A DNA stretch of 64,000 nt from NCBI GenBank assembly GCA_004195715.1, contig PSPX01000006.1:9524-73523 (forward strand), in the 5' to 3' direction. The position numbers and the translations under genes were made by a program. This stretch comes from Methanobacteriota archaeon (GTDB lineage Archaea; Thermoplasmatota; Poseidoniia; Poseidoniales; Thalassarchaeaceae). Below the pieces are notes generated by a model that worked only from the letters and a program-made list of their open reading frames with translations, made no database searches and was not told the origin of the DNA. Shown here one piece after another: positions 1 to 10,211 of the stretch (the first letter of the stretch is position 1; every line of letters starts with the position of its first letter).

Positions 1-135
1 CATTTGAATAGGCTTCCAATGGATTGTTGTTCAGATTTAGAAACTCATTCCCGAAAGTGAACGGTTCTATGATTCTCTGACCTTGCTCCCATCTTCCAGA
101 TATGATGACTGAGGCACATAGGGCCTCAGCAGTAG

Positions 136-435
136 TCAACCTGCCAGGTTTCCCCCACGATACCGAGTTGGCAGCGAGCAAAACTGGCAAAGTCCTTCCT
201 CCAAGCCTAGTATGATGAGATACCTCTCTAATCGCACTGTCAAGGGATTTCCACGAGCAGTCCAAAGCGACAATCGACCCTCCTCGATTGAGCAGTGTGT
301 TATCTTCGGGGCCCTGTAACATACCGGATTGTGGGTTGAGTAGAATCCCCCTCTTGGGAGCTTGGCGCGGATGATGATGCAATTCAGCATGACCCCTAGA
401 TTCCATAGCCCTTGCAGTGCACTTACGGGGATCAT
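136..435 (-). CDS. hypothetical protein (99 aa)
   Basis: Open frame in the ORF track. No recognisable motif. It is the last gene before the window edge. Confidence 0.2.
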   Translation of the reverse strand: MIPVSALQGLWNLGVMLNCIIIRAKLPRGGFYSTHNPVCYRAPKITHCSIEEGRLSLWTARGNPLTVRLERYLIILGLEEGLCQFCSLPTRYRGGNLAG

Positions 436-467
436 CCTGATTCAGGTGAATTACATGAAGAGGAACT

Positions 468-974
468 TCAGTCATCAGATTCTCCTTTGGCCAAGTAGTC
501 CTCTAAGGCATCTGCGATAGTTAGCCCCCTACCACCTCCCTGCGATAATTGTGCATCATATTCTATGTCAGATTCCCCTAGTAGGGTAATGCCTAGTACC
601 TTCTCCAACTTATTTACCAGCTCATCAGTAGGTCTCGAACCATTCTCAATTCTCTGTATTGTGTTGAGCCTCTCATTCATTCTCATTGCTAGATCCTTCT
701 GCTGCCAGCCTCTTGAAACTCTTTGATTTCTGATTCGTACGTGAAAGTCACCCAATAATACCAACTTCTCTGAGGGGATGTGTTGTCCGCGGGTACTACC
801 CGAATGTTTCTGAAGAGAGTTAGAACTCTTAGACTGAGAGCTTCTAAATGGAGATTCAAATAATTCCAAACCCATAGAATCTATGCATCGTGAACAGGCA
901 TCAACATTGACGTTGGATGCAATTACCTGTCGAGTCTGAATAGCATCCGAACCACACAACTCGCATGTTCCCAT
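468..974 (-). CDS. archaeal MBF1-type transcription factor: N-terminal C4 zinc ribbon plus C-terminal XRE-family HTH
   Basis: Zinc ribbon 'CELCG...CSRC' followed by the HTH 'LAMRMNERLNTIQRIENGSRPTDELVNKLEKVLGITL'. The start was chosen at the internal Met (MGTCELCG); the longer ORF to 1106 would overlap the divergent pan start. Confidence 0.65.
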   Translation of the reverse strand: MGTCELCGSDAIQTRQVIASNVNVDACSRCIDSMGLELFESPFRSSQSKSSNSLQKHSGSTRGQHIPSEKLVLLGDFHVRIRNQRVSRGWQQKDLAMRMNERLNTIQRIENGSRPTDELVNKLEKVLGITLLGESDIEYDAQLSQGGGRGLTIADALEDYLAKGESDD

Positions 975-1048
975 GACCCGCCAGAATGGGAATACGAGAT
1001 TACCCTTCGGGTGGGAATGGTCAAAAACTCTGATGAGAGTAGAAGTAT

Positions 1049-2287
1049 GTGTCGAGCGAGGTAGAGGATGTGCCCAAGGGCGACAATGGTCAGATACGTG
1101 AACCACGAGATTCCATCAGAGGGGCCCTCTCATCCGTACAGAATGAATTGAAGGAACTCTCAGAAAGTGCCCAACAACTGCTTACCGAGAAATTGTTTCT
1201 TGAGAATGAGTGTTCCCAATTAAAGAAGCGAGTAAACAGGTTAGATGAAGAACTCAGAAATCTGCGATCTCCACCATTCGTGATTGGATTTGTTCAAGAT
1301 CGTGTTGGAGAGAATGCAGTTGTCAGAAGTTCGAATGGAACAGTCTTCCTAGTCACTGTCAATAGACGTATTGATGAAGCCTCCATAGCGCCCGGGGCAA
1401 GAGTAGCGATGAATCAGGATACCTTGTCTATTATCGAAGTTCTTGACAACGCATGGGACCCATTGGTATCCGGTGCGGAGATACTAGACCGACCCGGAAC
1501 AACATTTTCAGATATAGGTGGGCTCGATGAACAAATAGCCCTATTGAGGCAGTGCATCGAATTACCGCTGGCTAGGCCAGAGGCATTCAGAGAATTTGGC
1601 ATTGAACCGCCGAAAGGGGTTCTCATTACGGGCCCCCCAGGGACAGGAAAGACGATGCTTGCCAAAGCCGTAGCGAATTCCACAGAAGTCACATTCCTCA
1701 GTCTCGTTGGTTCTGAATTGGCTCAGAAGTATATCGGAGAGGGTGGACGCATGGTCAGAGAGTTATTCGAATTGGCAAGGGCTAAATCACCTTCCATTAT
1801 TTTCATCGATGAGATTGACGCAATAGGCTCGAAGAGGCTTGATGTTGCTACATCTGGAGATAGGGAGGTTCAGAGGACTCTGATGCAACTTCTTGCTGAA
1901 CTTGACGGATTCAATTCACTGGATAATGTCAAGGTAATCGCTGCTACGAATCGCCCTGAGTTGCTTGATGCGGCACTATTGAGGCCCGGCAGATTCGATA
2001 GGATAATCACCATAAATAATCCAAATTCCGAGGCAAGGGAGTTGATATTTGAGGTGCATTGCAAGCACATGCCGCTGACAGATGGTGTGAATTATCGTAA
2101 ACTGGCTATCGCTACTGATGGATACAGTGGAGCTGAAATCAAATCTGTGGTCATCGAAGCTGGAATGCAAGCGATAACAGATGGCAGATCCTCATGCAAT
2201 CACAAAGATTTCACAGATGCAATTTCAAATATCGACGTCAAACGCAATGAATCCGACTATAGTGGTCCGGATTCCCTATATCGCTGA
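1049..2287 (+). CDS. pan: proteasome-activating nucleotidase PAN (AAA+ ATPase)
   Basis: N-terminal coiled coil, Walker A 'GPPGTGKT', second region of homology 'ATNRPELLDAALLRPGRFDR', and the C-terminal HbYX-like 'LYR'. Confidence 0.9.
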   Translation: MSSEVEDVPKGDNGQIREPRDSIRGALSSVQNELKELSESAQQLLTEKLFLENECSQLKKRVNRLDEELRNLRSPPFVIGFVQDRVGENAVVRSSNGTVFLVTVNRRIDEASIAPGARVAMNQDTLSIIEVLDNAWDPLVSGAEILDRPGTTFSDIGGLDEQIALLRQCIELPLARPEAFREFGIEPPKGVLITGPPGTGKTMLAKAVANSTEVTFLSLVGSELAQKYIGEGGRMVRELFELARAKSPSIIFIDEIDAIGSKRLDVATSGDREVQRTLMQLLAELDGFNSLDNVKVIAATNRPELLDAALLRPGRFDRIITINNPNSEARELIFEVHCKHMPLTDGVNYRKLAIATDGYSGAEIKSVVIEAGMQAITDGRSSCNHKDFTDAISNIDVKRNESDYSGPDSLYR

Positions 2288-2333
2288 TGAGCAATCCTCA
2301 TCACTCGTAAGCCCGAGGGGGCGCTGTGGTCTC

Positions 2334-3377
2334 GTGTTGATTGAGTGCGTCCCAAATTATAGTGAAGGTAGAGACCCTGCCATTATCGATGCTATTACAA
2401 ACTCCATTAAATCAGTAGATGATGTTTCAATCTTAGATGTAGACATGGGATATGACTTCAATCGCACTGTTGTAACGATGGTGGGGCAACCCGAATCTGT
2501 ATTAGAGGCAGCAATTTCGAGCACTGCAGTTGCAATAGAACTAATCGATATGAGAAAGCATCAGGGTGAGCATGCTAGAATGGGTGCTGTTGACGTAGTC
2601 CCATTTATCCCACTAGAGGGTGCTACGATTGAAACCTGTATATCCCTATCAGAGAGGTATGCAGAAGCAGTGTCGGAACTATTTGATCTGCCTGTATTTC
2701 TGTATGCAGAATCTGCCCGAAGCGATCAGAGAATCAGGCTACCGGATATCAGAAGGGGCGAATACGAAGGGCTCGACACAAAAATCACTACCTCTGAATG
2801 GCTCCCAGATTACGGACCCGCAGAGTTCAAACCCAGTATGGGAGCTACCGCAACGGGTGCTCGCCAGATTTTGATTGCCTACAATGTCAATCTCAATACA
2901 TCAGATAAGAAGAAGGCCAATTCAATCGCCGGAACCATTCGAACTAGTGGTGTGATTCAACGTGATAAAAATGGGGACAAGTTGCTTTCCGATGATGGTA
3001 AATCAATTAGGAAGCCGGGAATGTTTCAGCATCTCCAAGCTGCCGGATGGATGTATGACCAAGATACGGCCCAAGTCTCAATGAACCTGTTAAATCACAA
3101 TGTTACTGGATTGCATACAGTGACCGATGCCATTCTAACGGAAGCAAGAAAAATCGGTCTCGAGGCAATAGCAGGAGAATTGGTGGGACTGGTGCCCTTG
3201 AGTGCAATGGTCAGTGCTGGGAAGCACTACCACGATGAGCCGGATAGCGCTGATTCTGCTACATTAGTACAATCAGCAATTAATGGCCTTATGTTGAGTG
3301 AACTCAAAGAATTCGATGCCTACAACAGCATCATAGAGTGGTCAGTCGAGAGGAATTTGGGTGATCGGGTTGAATGA
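2334..3377 (+). CDS. ftcD: glutamate formimidoyltransferase (formiminotransferase domain of FtcD)
   Basis: The 'IECVPNYSEGRD' motif near the N-terminus is typical of formiminotransferases. A GTG/TTG start was chosen; the track ORF begins at 2181 and overlaps pan. Confidence 0.7.
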   Translation: MLIECVPNYSEGRDPAIIDAITNSIKSVDDVSILDVDMGYDFNRTVVTMVGQPESVLEAAISSTAVAIELIDMRKHQGEHARMGAVDVVPFIPLEGATIETCISLSERYAEAVSELFDLPVFLYAESARSDQRIRLPDIRRGEYEGLDTKITTSEWLPDYGPAEFKPSMGATATGARQILIAYNVNLNTSDKKKANSIAGTIRTSGVIQRDKNGDKLLSDDGKSIRKPGMFQHLQAAGWMYDQDTAQVSMNLLNHNVTGLHTVTDAILTEARKIGLEAIAGELVGLVPLSAMVSAGKHYHDEPDSADSATLVQSAINGLMLSELKEFDAYNSIIEWSVERNLGDRVE

Positions 3378-4005
3378 TGGGTACCGTGAGATTCTCGATG
3401 CCATAGCATCTGATTCACCCACTCCTGGGGGCGGTTCTGTTGCTGCTCTCTCGCTTGCCCACGCCCACGCCCTAGTGTGCATGGTGGCTAGACTCACTCT
3501 AAAGAGTGGTAAATGGGAATCAGGGCATGATACGGCAACGAGAGTCCTTGACGGGTCCCATAAGGGTATTGCGAACGCCATCGATCTAGCACGTAGGGAT
3601 GCAGAATCATTTGACTCTGTGATGCTTGCGTTTAGGATGCCAAAAACCACCGATGAGGAGCTTTCACAAAGGCGTTCAGCAATAGCAAAGGGCTACCTGA
3701 AGGCCTCAAAAGTCCCGTTGGAAACCGCTGAAACAGGAGTCGTACTTCTACAGGGAATTGCAGAATTTGCTAGCAACTGTAATGCCAATGCGATTACTGA
3801 TTTAGCGGCCGCTGCTCAATTAGCCCACTCATCGGTATCTATAGCCGCATTAAACGTCAAAATAAATCTTGATTCGTTGGACGATTCGTTCGGACCGGAC
3901 TTCAAAGATGAGGCTTTTGAGATGTCTGTAATGATTGAAAACTTGGTAGTTGATGCTGAAGGTCATGAAGAAGAAATCAGCCAAATTGTTGCAGGTAGGA
4001 TCTGA
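3361..4005 (+). CDS. formiminotetrahydrofolate cyclodeaminase (cyclodeaminase domain, encoded separately)
   Basis: 'PTPGGGSVAALSLAHA' cyclodeaminase signature. It has a GTG start and is coupled to the preceding gene by an overlap. Confidence 0.7.
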   Translation: MIGLNDGYREILDAIASDSPTPGGGSVAALSLAHAHALVCMVARLTLKSGKWESGHDTATRVLDGSHKGIANAIDLARRDAESFDSVMLAFRMPKTTDEELSQRRSAIAKGYLKASKVPLETAETGVVLLQGIAEFASNCNANAITDLAAAAQLAHSSVSIAALNVKINLDSLDDSFGPDFKDEAFEMSVMIENLVVDAEGHEEEISQIVAGRI

Positions 4006-4009
4006 TAAT

Positions 4010-6016
4010 ATGGAGTTCGCCGAGGACGTTTGCATAGGCATTCCTGCCGAAATACCTGACCAGGCCGCCATCGACGACGCACTGGACCATGCCCCTTCGC
4101 GCCCGATTCACTTGACACCCAATCAGAAACGATTAGCGTTACGAAACGCCCTCAGGTACTTCCCCTCTGAGTGGCACGCTGAGTTGGCAACAGAATTCGC
4201 ATTAGAGCTAGAGTCTCTAGGACACATATACATGCACAGATTTAGACCCAAATACTCGATGCATGCTAGATCAATCTATGAATATCCTGCAAAGAACTTA
4301 CACTGCGCGGCAATTATGATGATGATTCAGAATAATCTCGACCCAAATGTTGCACAATACCCACACGAACTGGTTACATACGGTGGTAATGGTACTGTTT
4401 TTCAAAACTGGATTCAATATAGACTAACAATGTCCTATCTGGCTTCAATGAGTGAGAATCAGACATTGGTGATGTATTCTGGTCATCCATTAGGACTATT
4501 TCCATCCAATCCAAATTCCCCAAGGGTCGTGGTGACTAATGGAATGGTCATACCCAATCACTCATCTCAAGATGACTATGAATTGATGAGTGCTGTTGGA
4601 GTCACTCAGTATGGTCAGATGACTGCGGGTTCCTACATGTACATAGGTCCACAGGGAATAGTCCACGGAACAACGATAACTCTGTTGAATGCTGCTCGGA
4701 AGTACATCGGGATTAGTGCCGAAGACGGATTGGGTGGCATTCTGTATGTCACTTCTGGGCTGGGTGGAATGTCAGGTGCTCAAGCTAAGGCCGCAGTCAT
4801 ATCAGGTGCAGTTGCAATTATTGCTGAGTGCAATGAATTCGCAGCCCAAAAGAGATATCAACAAGGATGGTTGTCTGAAATATACTACGATTTGGAACCC
4901 CTTCTTGACCGTGCAGAACAAGCCAAATCTCAACGTGAAGCAGTGTCTTTGGGTTTCGTAGGTAACATAGTCGATCTCTTGGAAGGCCTCATAGATCGGC
5001 AAATATGCCCGGAGTTGGGGAGCGATCAGACAAGTCTGCACAACCCATGGCTAGGCGGGTATATGCCTGTAGGAATGAGTTTTGATGATGGAATCAAGGC
5101 TCTAAGGGAAGAACCCGAACGGTTCAGGCGTTCAGTCAAGGCGAGTCTGATTCGACACGTCAATGCGATAAACACTCTATCTGAACGCGGCATGCACTTC
5201 TGGGACTATGGTAACGCATTCCTCCTAGAAAGCTCCAAGGCAGGTGCTGACGTCATTTCCGAGAGCGGTGATTTCCGGTATCCCTCGTATGTAGAAGATA
5301 TCATGGGGCCAATATGCTTCGATTATGGATTCGGCCCTTTTAGATGGGTTTGCACCTCAGGGTCTCAAAAAGATCTAGATGTAACAGATGACATTGCTTC
5401 GGGCATACTCAGGGAGTTAATCAATTCTGCATCGGAGGATACCCGGCTCCAGTATGCGGATAATTTGAGGTGGATTGAGAATGCAAATGCTCACGACCTA
5501 GTTGTTGGCACCAAAGCCAGAATTCTATACGCCGATGAATCTGGAAGGAGAGGTATAGCTTCTGCATTCAACAAGGCCATTTCTACTGGCAGAATCTCTG
5601 CCCCGGTAGTGATTGGCAGAGACCATCACGACGTGGGTGGTACTGACAGTCCGTACAGAGAGACATCCAATATCAAAGATGGTTCGATGTTTTCTGCGGA
5701 CATGTCGGTTCACAACTTCGTTGGTGATGCTTTCAGAGGGGCCACATGGGTTAGTTTGCATAACGGCGGAGGTGTCGGATGGGGAGAGGTAATCAACGGA
5801 GGATTCGGCATGGTACTGGATGGTTCGAATCAATGTGAAGAACGGATTCAGTCAATGATATCCTGGGATGTTAACAATGGAATCGCTCGCAGAGCATGGG
5901 CCAACAATCCCGGTTCTGTTTCATCAATCAAACTTGCAATGAACCAGAACAGTGGACTCTCAATCACACTACCTAATGTTGTGGACGAGAGGATTTTGTC
6001 TAACCATTACGACTAG
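4010..6016 (+). CDS. hutU: urocanate hydratase (urocanase)
   Basis: Alignable along its length with urocanases ('PRVVVTNG', 'YGQMTAGSYMYIGPQGIVHGT', 'VIGRDHHDVGGTDSPYRET', 'GGGVGWGE'). There is an ATG at 4010, directly after the cyclodeaminase stop. It carries about 100 extra N-terminal residues relative to bacterial HutU. Confidence 0.9.
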   Translation: MEFAEDVCIGIPAEIPDQAAIDDALDHAPSRPIHLTPNQKRLALRNALRYFPSEWHAELATEFALELESLGHIYMHRFRPKYSMHARSIYEYPAKNLHCAAIMMMIQNNLDPNVAQYPHELVTYGGNGTVFQNWIQYRLTMSYLASMSENQTLVMYSGHPLGLFPSNPNSPRVVVTNGMVIPNHSSQDDYELMSAVGVTQYGQMTAGSYMYIGPQGIVHGTTITLLNAARKYIGISAEDGLGGILYVTSGLGGMSGAQAKAAVISGAVAIIAECNEFAAQKRYQQGWLSEIYYDLEPLLDRAEQAKSQREAVSLGFVGNIVDLLEGLIDRQICPELGSDQTSLHNPWLGGYMPVGMSFDDGIKALREEPERFRRSVKASLIRHVNAINTLSERGMHFWDYGNAFLLESSKAGADVISESGDFRYPSYVEDIMGPICFDYGFGPFRWVCTSGSQKDLDVTDDIASGILRELINSASEDTRLQYADNLRWIENANAHDLVVGTKARILYADESGRRGIASAFNKAISTGRISAPVVIGRDHHDVGGTDSPYRETSNIKDGSMFSADMSVHNFVGDAFRGATWVSLHNGGGVGWGEVINGGFGMVLDGSNQCEERIQSMISWDVNNGIARRAWANNPGSVSSIKLAMNQNSGLSITLPNVVDERILSNHYD

Positions 6017-6052
6017 CGCGATATTCTAATGCTATGAGTCGTGCGAAATACG

Positions 6053-7588
6053 ATGGGGAAGCGCACTGTATCGCTTAACGGCAGTTCACTAACAATCAAG
6101 GATGTGCTAGATGCTGGTAAAGGCTCAGCAATTATTGAAATTGATGAATCTGCTATAATAGCAATGACTGAGAGCAGGTCTGCTGTGAAGAGGATTCTCG
6201 AGAAAGGAGAAGTTGTTTACGGAATTAACACTGGTTTTGGTGCGTTGTCTAGTGTCACCATCGAGCATGACCAACTAGAGCAGTTACAATACAATCTCAT
6301 CCGCAGTCATGCATGCGGAGTAGGAGATGCGATGGAATCTGAGCACGTACTGATGATGATGGTAATTCGGGCAAACACCCTATGCATAGGACACTCCGGC
6401 TGTCGTCCAGAGGTTGTTGAGTTGCTTGTTCAGATGGTCAACGAGGGCATTGCACCTATAGTTCCCAGAATTGGCTCACTAGGGGCATCAGGAGATCTGG
6501 CACCACTATCGCATATGGCTCTTGGAATGATTGGAGAGGGCGACTGTCATGTACGACATGGAGATATCTGGACAGAACCTCAAACATCTGCATCAGCACT
6601 GGAGCAAGCCGGAATTGTACCGTTGATATTACAGGCCAAGGAAGGACTTTCTCTGATTAATGGCACCAGTCAAATGTGTGCGTACCTCTCAATCTGTATG
6701 ATGAACATGGATCATCTAGTTTTTGCCGCTGATGCCTCTGCTGCTTGTTCTGTTGAGGCGATATATGGTTCACACACTCCTTTCGATAGTAGGGTGCACA
6801 GTGCTCGACCTCAGAGGGGTCAATCAATATCAGCAGCACGTATTTCCAGTTTACTCATGGGTTCTGAAATTAACGAATCACATATCGATTGTGGAAGGGT
6901 GCAAGACGCGTATTCATTCCGATGCGCCCCTCAAGTCCATGGACCAGTAATCGATTTACTAGCCGAATCTAGGCGCATGCTTGAGATTGAGATAAACAGC
7001 GCTACAGACAATCCCCTCATATTCACCAATGGCTCGAAAGATGATGTAATCAGCGGAGGAAATTTCCACGGTCAGAATTTGTCACTTGCGGCGGATGCGT
7101 TGGCAGTGGCTTGTCATGAGCTCGCATCGATTTCTGAAAGACGTATCAACCATGTAATGGATCCGCAATGGACTGGGCAGAATGCATTTTTATCAAATAT
7201 TGAGGGGCTTGAAAGTGGACTGATGATAGTCCAATACGTTGCTGCAGCACTTATATCGGAATTGCACCTCTTGTCCAATCCCGTATCAATTAGCAATGTA
7301 CCGGTTAGTCTGGGCAAGGAGGACCACGTGTCCATGGGCGCAACAAGCACGTTCAGGAGTATGCGATCCACTGTGTTGTTATCTCAAGTAATAGCAAACG
7401 AGTTAATTTGCAGTAATGAGGCATTACGGCGCACTGATTTGGACGCTGGCCTAGGAGTTCGCAAGACGACAGAATGGGTCAGTTCTCAAGTCCCTGCTCT
7501 CACATCGGATCGAGCTATGTCCGAGGAATGCATGAATCTGGCTCGAGCTCTGCTCTTAGGTGGGCTTTCAGAGGCACTAGGTGAATAG
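6053..7588 (+). CDS. hutH: histidine ammonia-lyase
   Basis: MIO-forming 'GASGDLAPLSHMA' (Ala-Ser-Gly) motif, with HAL/PAL-family similarity throughout. A GTG at 6041 is an alternative start. Confidence 0.9.
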   Translation: MGKRTVSLNGSSLTIKDVLDAGKGSAIIEIDESAIIAMTESRSAVKRILEKGEVVYGINTGFGALSSVTIEHDQLEQLQYNLIRSHACGVGDAMESEHVLMMMVIRANTLCIGHSGCRPEVVELLVQMVNEGIAPIVPRIGSLGASGDLAPLSHMALGMIGEGDCHVRHGDIWTEPQTSASALEQAGIVPLILQAKEGLSLINGTSQMCAYLSICMMNMDHLVFAADASAACSVEAIYGSHTPFDSRVHSARPQRGQSISAARISSLLMGSEINESHIDCGRVQDAYSFRCAPQVHGPVIDLLAESRRMLEIEINSATDNPLIFTNGSKDDVISGGNFHGQNLSLAADALAVACHELASISERRINHVMDPQWTGQNAFLSNIEGLESGLMIVQYVAAALISELHLLSNPVSISNVPVSLGKEDHVSMGATSTFRSMRSTVLLSQVIANELICSNEALRRTDLDAGLGVRKTTEWVSSQVPALTSDRAMSEECMNLARALLLGGLSEALGE

Positions 7589-8320
7589 ATGCAAGAACGT
7601 CTGCATATGTCTAACCATCCCGGCACCAATCCAGAGCCGTTCACCACCACTGTTGCTGAAATAGATGAGAATTTCATTATGTTGAGTGAATCCTACTGTT
7701 ATCCACGGGGCGGGGGACAACCAGGAGATAGAGGATCATTCTATGGGAATTGGGGAGATGCAGATTTCGGTGAGACGCTTGGAGGCGAATTCATACGTCA
7801 TCCGGTAGATTCACCGGAGAAATTCTCAGTAGGCGAACAAATAGAATGCAGAATCAATCATGATGTTAGAAACCGTCATGCCAAGATGCATACCGCACAA
7901 CACATCGTTTCTGCTATGGCCGATGATTTGTGGGGTGCTGAGACAGCTGGAAATCAGATTAGTACAGATTACACTAGAATAGATTTACTGTTTGAAAATA
8001 GAGAGGTATACGACTCCCAAATATTAGAAGACGCGGTGAATGATATCATCGGCTCGAATACTGAGGTGTTGGTACATGATTGGTCCAGAGAGAAAATTGT
8101 CGGACATGAACAGATGCGGCATACGAAATTCATGGATCGAATACCGAGTTCAATTCCAACACTGAGAGTTGTAGAAGTCCAGGGCATCGACCTATGCCCT
8201 TGTGCAGGAACACACGTCGCAAATACTGATGTTGTGGAACCAATAACAATTACGAATGTCAGATCCAAAGGCGCTGGTAAGTTCAGAATTACATATCAAT
8301 TTGAAAATACATTGGAATAG
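7589..8320 (+). CDS. alaX: AlaX-M-type alanyl-tRNA editing protein (tRNA_SAD domain)
   Basis: HxxxH ('MHTAQHIVS') and CxxxH ('CPCAGTHV') zinc motifs of the Ala/Thr-tRNA synthetase second additional domain. Confidence 0.6.
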   Translation: MQERLHMSNHPGTNPEPFTTTVAEIDENFIMLSESYCYPRGGGQPGDRGSFYGNWGDADFGETLGGEFIRHPVDSPEKFSVGEQIECRINHDVRNRHAKMHTAQHIVSAMADDLWGAETAGNQISTDYTRIDLLFENREVYDSQILEDAVNDIIGSNTEVLVHDWSREKIVGHEQMRHTKFMDRIPSSIPTLRVVEVQGIDLCPCAGTHVANTDVVEPITITNVRSKGAGKFRITYQFENTLE

Positions 8321-8335
8321 GTACTATCCTATTGG

Positions 8336-8408
8336 TGGGCTCGGCAGGAATTGAACCTGCGATCTTCGCCATGTCAAGGCGACGTCATAACCCCTAGACC
8401 ACGAGCCC
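8336..8408 (-). tRNA. tRNA-Val (anticodon GAC)
   Basis: The reverse complement 'GGGCTCGTGGTCTAGGGGTTATGACGTCGCCTTGACATGGCGAAGATCGCAGGTTCAATTCCTGCCGAGCCCA' folds as a cloverleaf. The anticodon loop is TTGACAT, with U33 and A37. Confidence 0.8.
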
Positions 8409-8868
8409 GAATTTTTTTGGAATCGGTGCGCCCACATGAAGCATTCTATACCTCATCCTACTATCTTAGAAATTCGACCTTCGCATTCTATGTTAGAGCA
8501 TGATCCGGCTACTCGTAATCTACCGTTGGACATCTGTATCAGCTTCGGATTTCTAATGGCCCCGTATGTCTTGCACTTGAGACAGTATCCTGATGCTTGC
8601 ATTTCACTTACCTACACGTGATGAATGCTATTCAACCCATCTAGCAAGGGGTAAAATTACAAAGAGTTAGATAATTCAGATAATCGAGTCACTGAAAGCC
8701 TGTGCCCCCAATCTATTCAAACATTGTTTCCGATAACTGTTCTTATCGGACAGACTGCGTCTTGAATTCAAGGGTACAAATTCCATTCTAACAGGAATTC
8801 AAAAATTATAGATTGAAACAAGATGCAAATAGGTTCATACAGCAAGAAACAAGAAATTAGGTTTGTAA

Positions 8869-10155
8869 TTATTTATTCGAATTTACAATGGACCCACCAA
8901 TTATCGTCGCGACGATAGGGTTCTCCCCTGGAGTTTGGCACCACCCATCGACTGATTGAGACCATAGAATATTGAGGTCCGCTCGACAACTTTCCACAAT
9001 AGTACCGGTAATAGATGGGTCATCCAAAGTTGTCGAAGGATTCCTTGTAGCAGCTACAAGTGCAGCAAACGGATCGAGGCCCATGCGTGTTGTGGCCAAA
9101 TTCCCAATGAAAGGCATCGATAGAATACGGCAGTTGGGATTGTAGTCCGTTGCAAGTGAGAATGCCCAGTTATTCTCAATACATTGATTCAGTGGCAAAT
9201 CTAGATGTTTACCTAGAACATAGGGTGTCCCTGGTAGAAAAGTCTGCATTGTACCATTATCCGACGCGGCTTGCCTAGACTCTACAGATGACTTGGCCAC
9301 ATGATCTCCGCTAACTGAACCTAATTCCGCTGCTAAGGCCAATCCACCAGAATCTTCGAACTCATCTACGTGCAATCGTGATGGCATTCCATGTTCCGTG
9401 GATGCTCGGACAATATTTTCGGTCTCATCATTAGTGTACCATCCCTCCTCGCAAAACACATCGACCCATTTGGCAATACCCTGTTCCGCTACTGCAGGTA
9501 ATTGTGAACTAACCAATTCTTCAAGGTACTCGCTTCGCTGGCGTCCATGTGGGAAATCATGTGCACCAAGCCATGTCGGTAGTAGATTTACTATGCTGGA
9601 GTTGTTGATGACTTTCATAGCCTCTAGTAATCTTAGTTCTGCATCGATTTCCAATCCGTATCCGCTCTTGGCTTCAATAACTGTGGTGCCGGTCAATACC
9701 GCTTGGTTGGCCCTTACCATCCCGATTCGGCATAAATCATCCAAAGACATGCTGCGAGTACTCTGAACTGTCTTTGCTATACCGCCGCCTGCTTCGGCGA
9801 TCTGACGATAGGTCATTCCTGCCTGTCTGAGGCGCATCTCAGATGAGCGATCACCACCCCAAAGCAGGTGCGTATGACAATCCACTATTCCTGGAATGAT
9901 TGCCTTACCTTTGGCATCGACAACTCTCAAATCCCCCGATTTTTGGTCTGAACCATCCCACCATGGTGCGAACTCCGACTGAAGGGATTCGGAGTCTCCG
10001 ATAATATCGAATTTCGTATCCTGTATCACAATGCCATGACCGGCGGGTAGTATGTTGGCCTCCCTATCGAGCATCGCTGCACCAACAAGTGGTTGCGTTG
10101 CCCTCCCAGAACCCATGTGGGCGACTTCCCCACAGTTGACTATTAGCACGCCCAT
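8869..10155 (-). CDS. hutI: imidazolonepropionase (amidohydrolase superfamily)
   Basis: Metal-binding 'IVDCHTHL' and overall HutI-like architecture. The start was set at the internal Met (MGVLIVNCGE), because the longer frame to 10296 overlaps the divergent kae1 start. Confidence 0.8.
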   Translation of the reverse strand: MGVLIVNCGEVAHMGSGRATQPLVGAAMLDREANILPAGHGIVIQDTKFDIIGDSESLQSEFAPWWDGSDQKSGDLRVVDAKGKAIIPGIVDCHTHLLWGGDRSSEMRLRQAGMTYRQIAEAGGGIAKTVQSTRSMSLDDLCRIGMVRANQAVLTGTTVIEAKSGYGLEIDAELRLLEAMKVINNSSIVNLLPTWLGAHDFPHGRQRSEYLEELVSSQLPAVAEQGIAKWVDVFCEEGWYTNDETENIVRASTEHGMPSRLHVDEFEDSGGLALAAELGSVSGDHVAKSSVESRQAASDNGTMQTFLPGTPYVLGKHLDLPLNQCIENNWAFSLATDYNPNCRILSMPFIGNLATTRMGLDPFAALVAATRNPSTTLDDPSITGTIVESCRADLNILWSQSVDGWCQTPGENPIVATIIGGSIVNSNK

Positions 10156-10211
10156 GCGCCTCGACATACACGATGCTTGAAAGCAGTGCCTGCTTGGAAG
10201 TGATGTCGAAT

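Noticed and set aside
8409-8868. A 460-bp AT-rich non-coding stretch next to tRNA-Val as a possible integration site or mobile-element remnant. It contains the hairpin TCCGATAA-N6-TTATCGGA at 8729..8750.
   Set aside because: There is no integrase, no direct repeat of the tRNA 3' end and no phage-like ORFs. It is more likely the promoter/terminator space between tRNA-Val and the 3' end of hutI.
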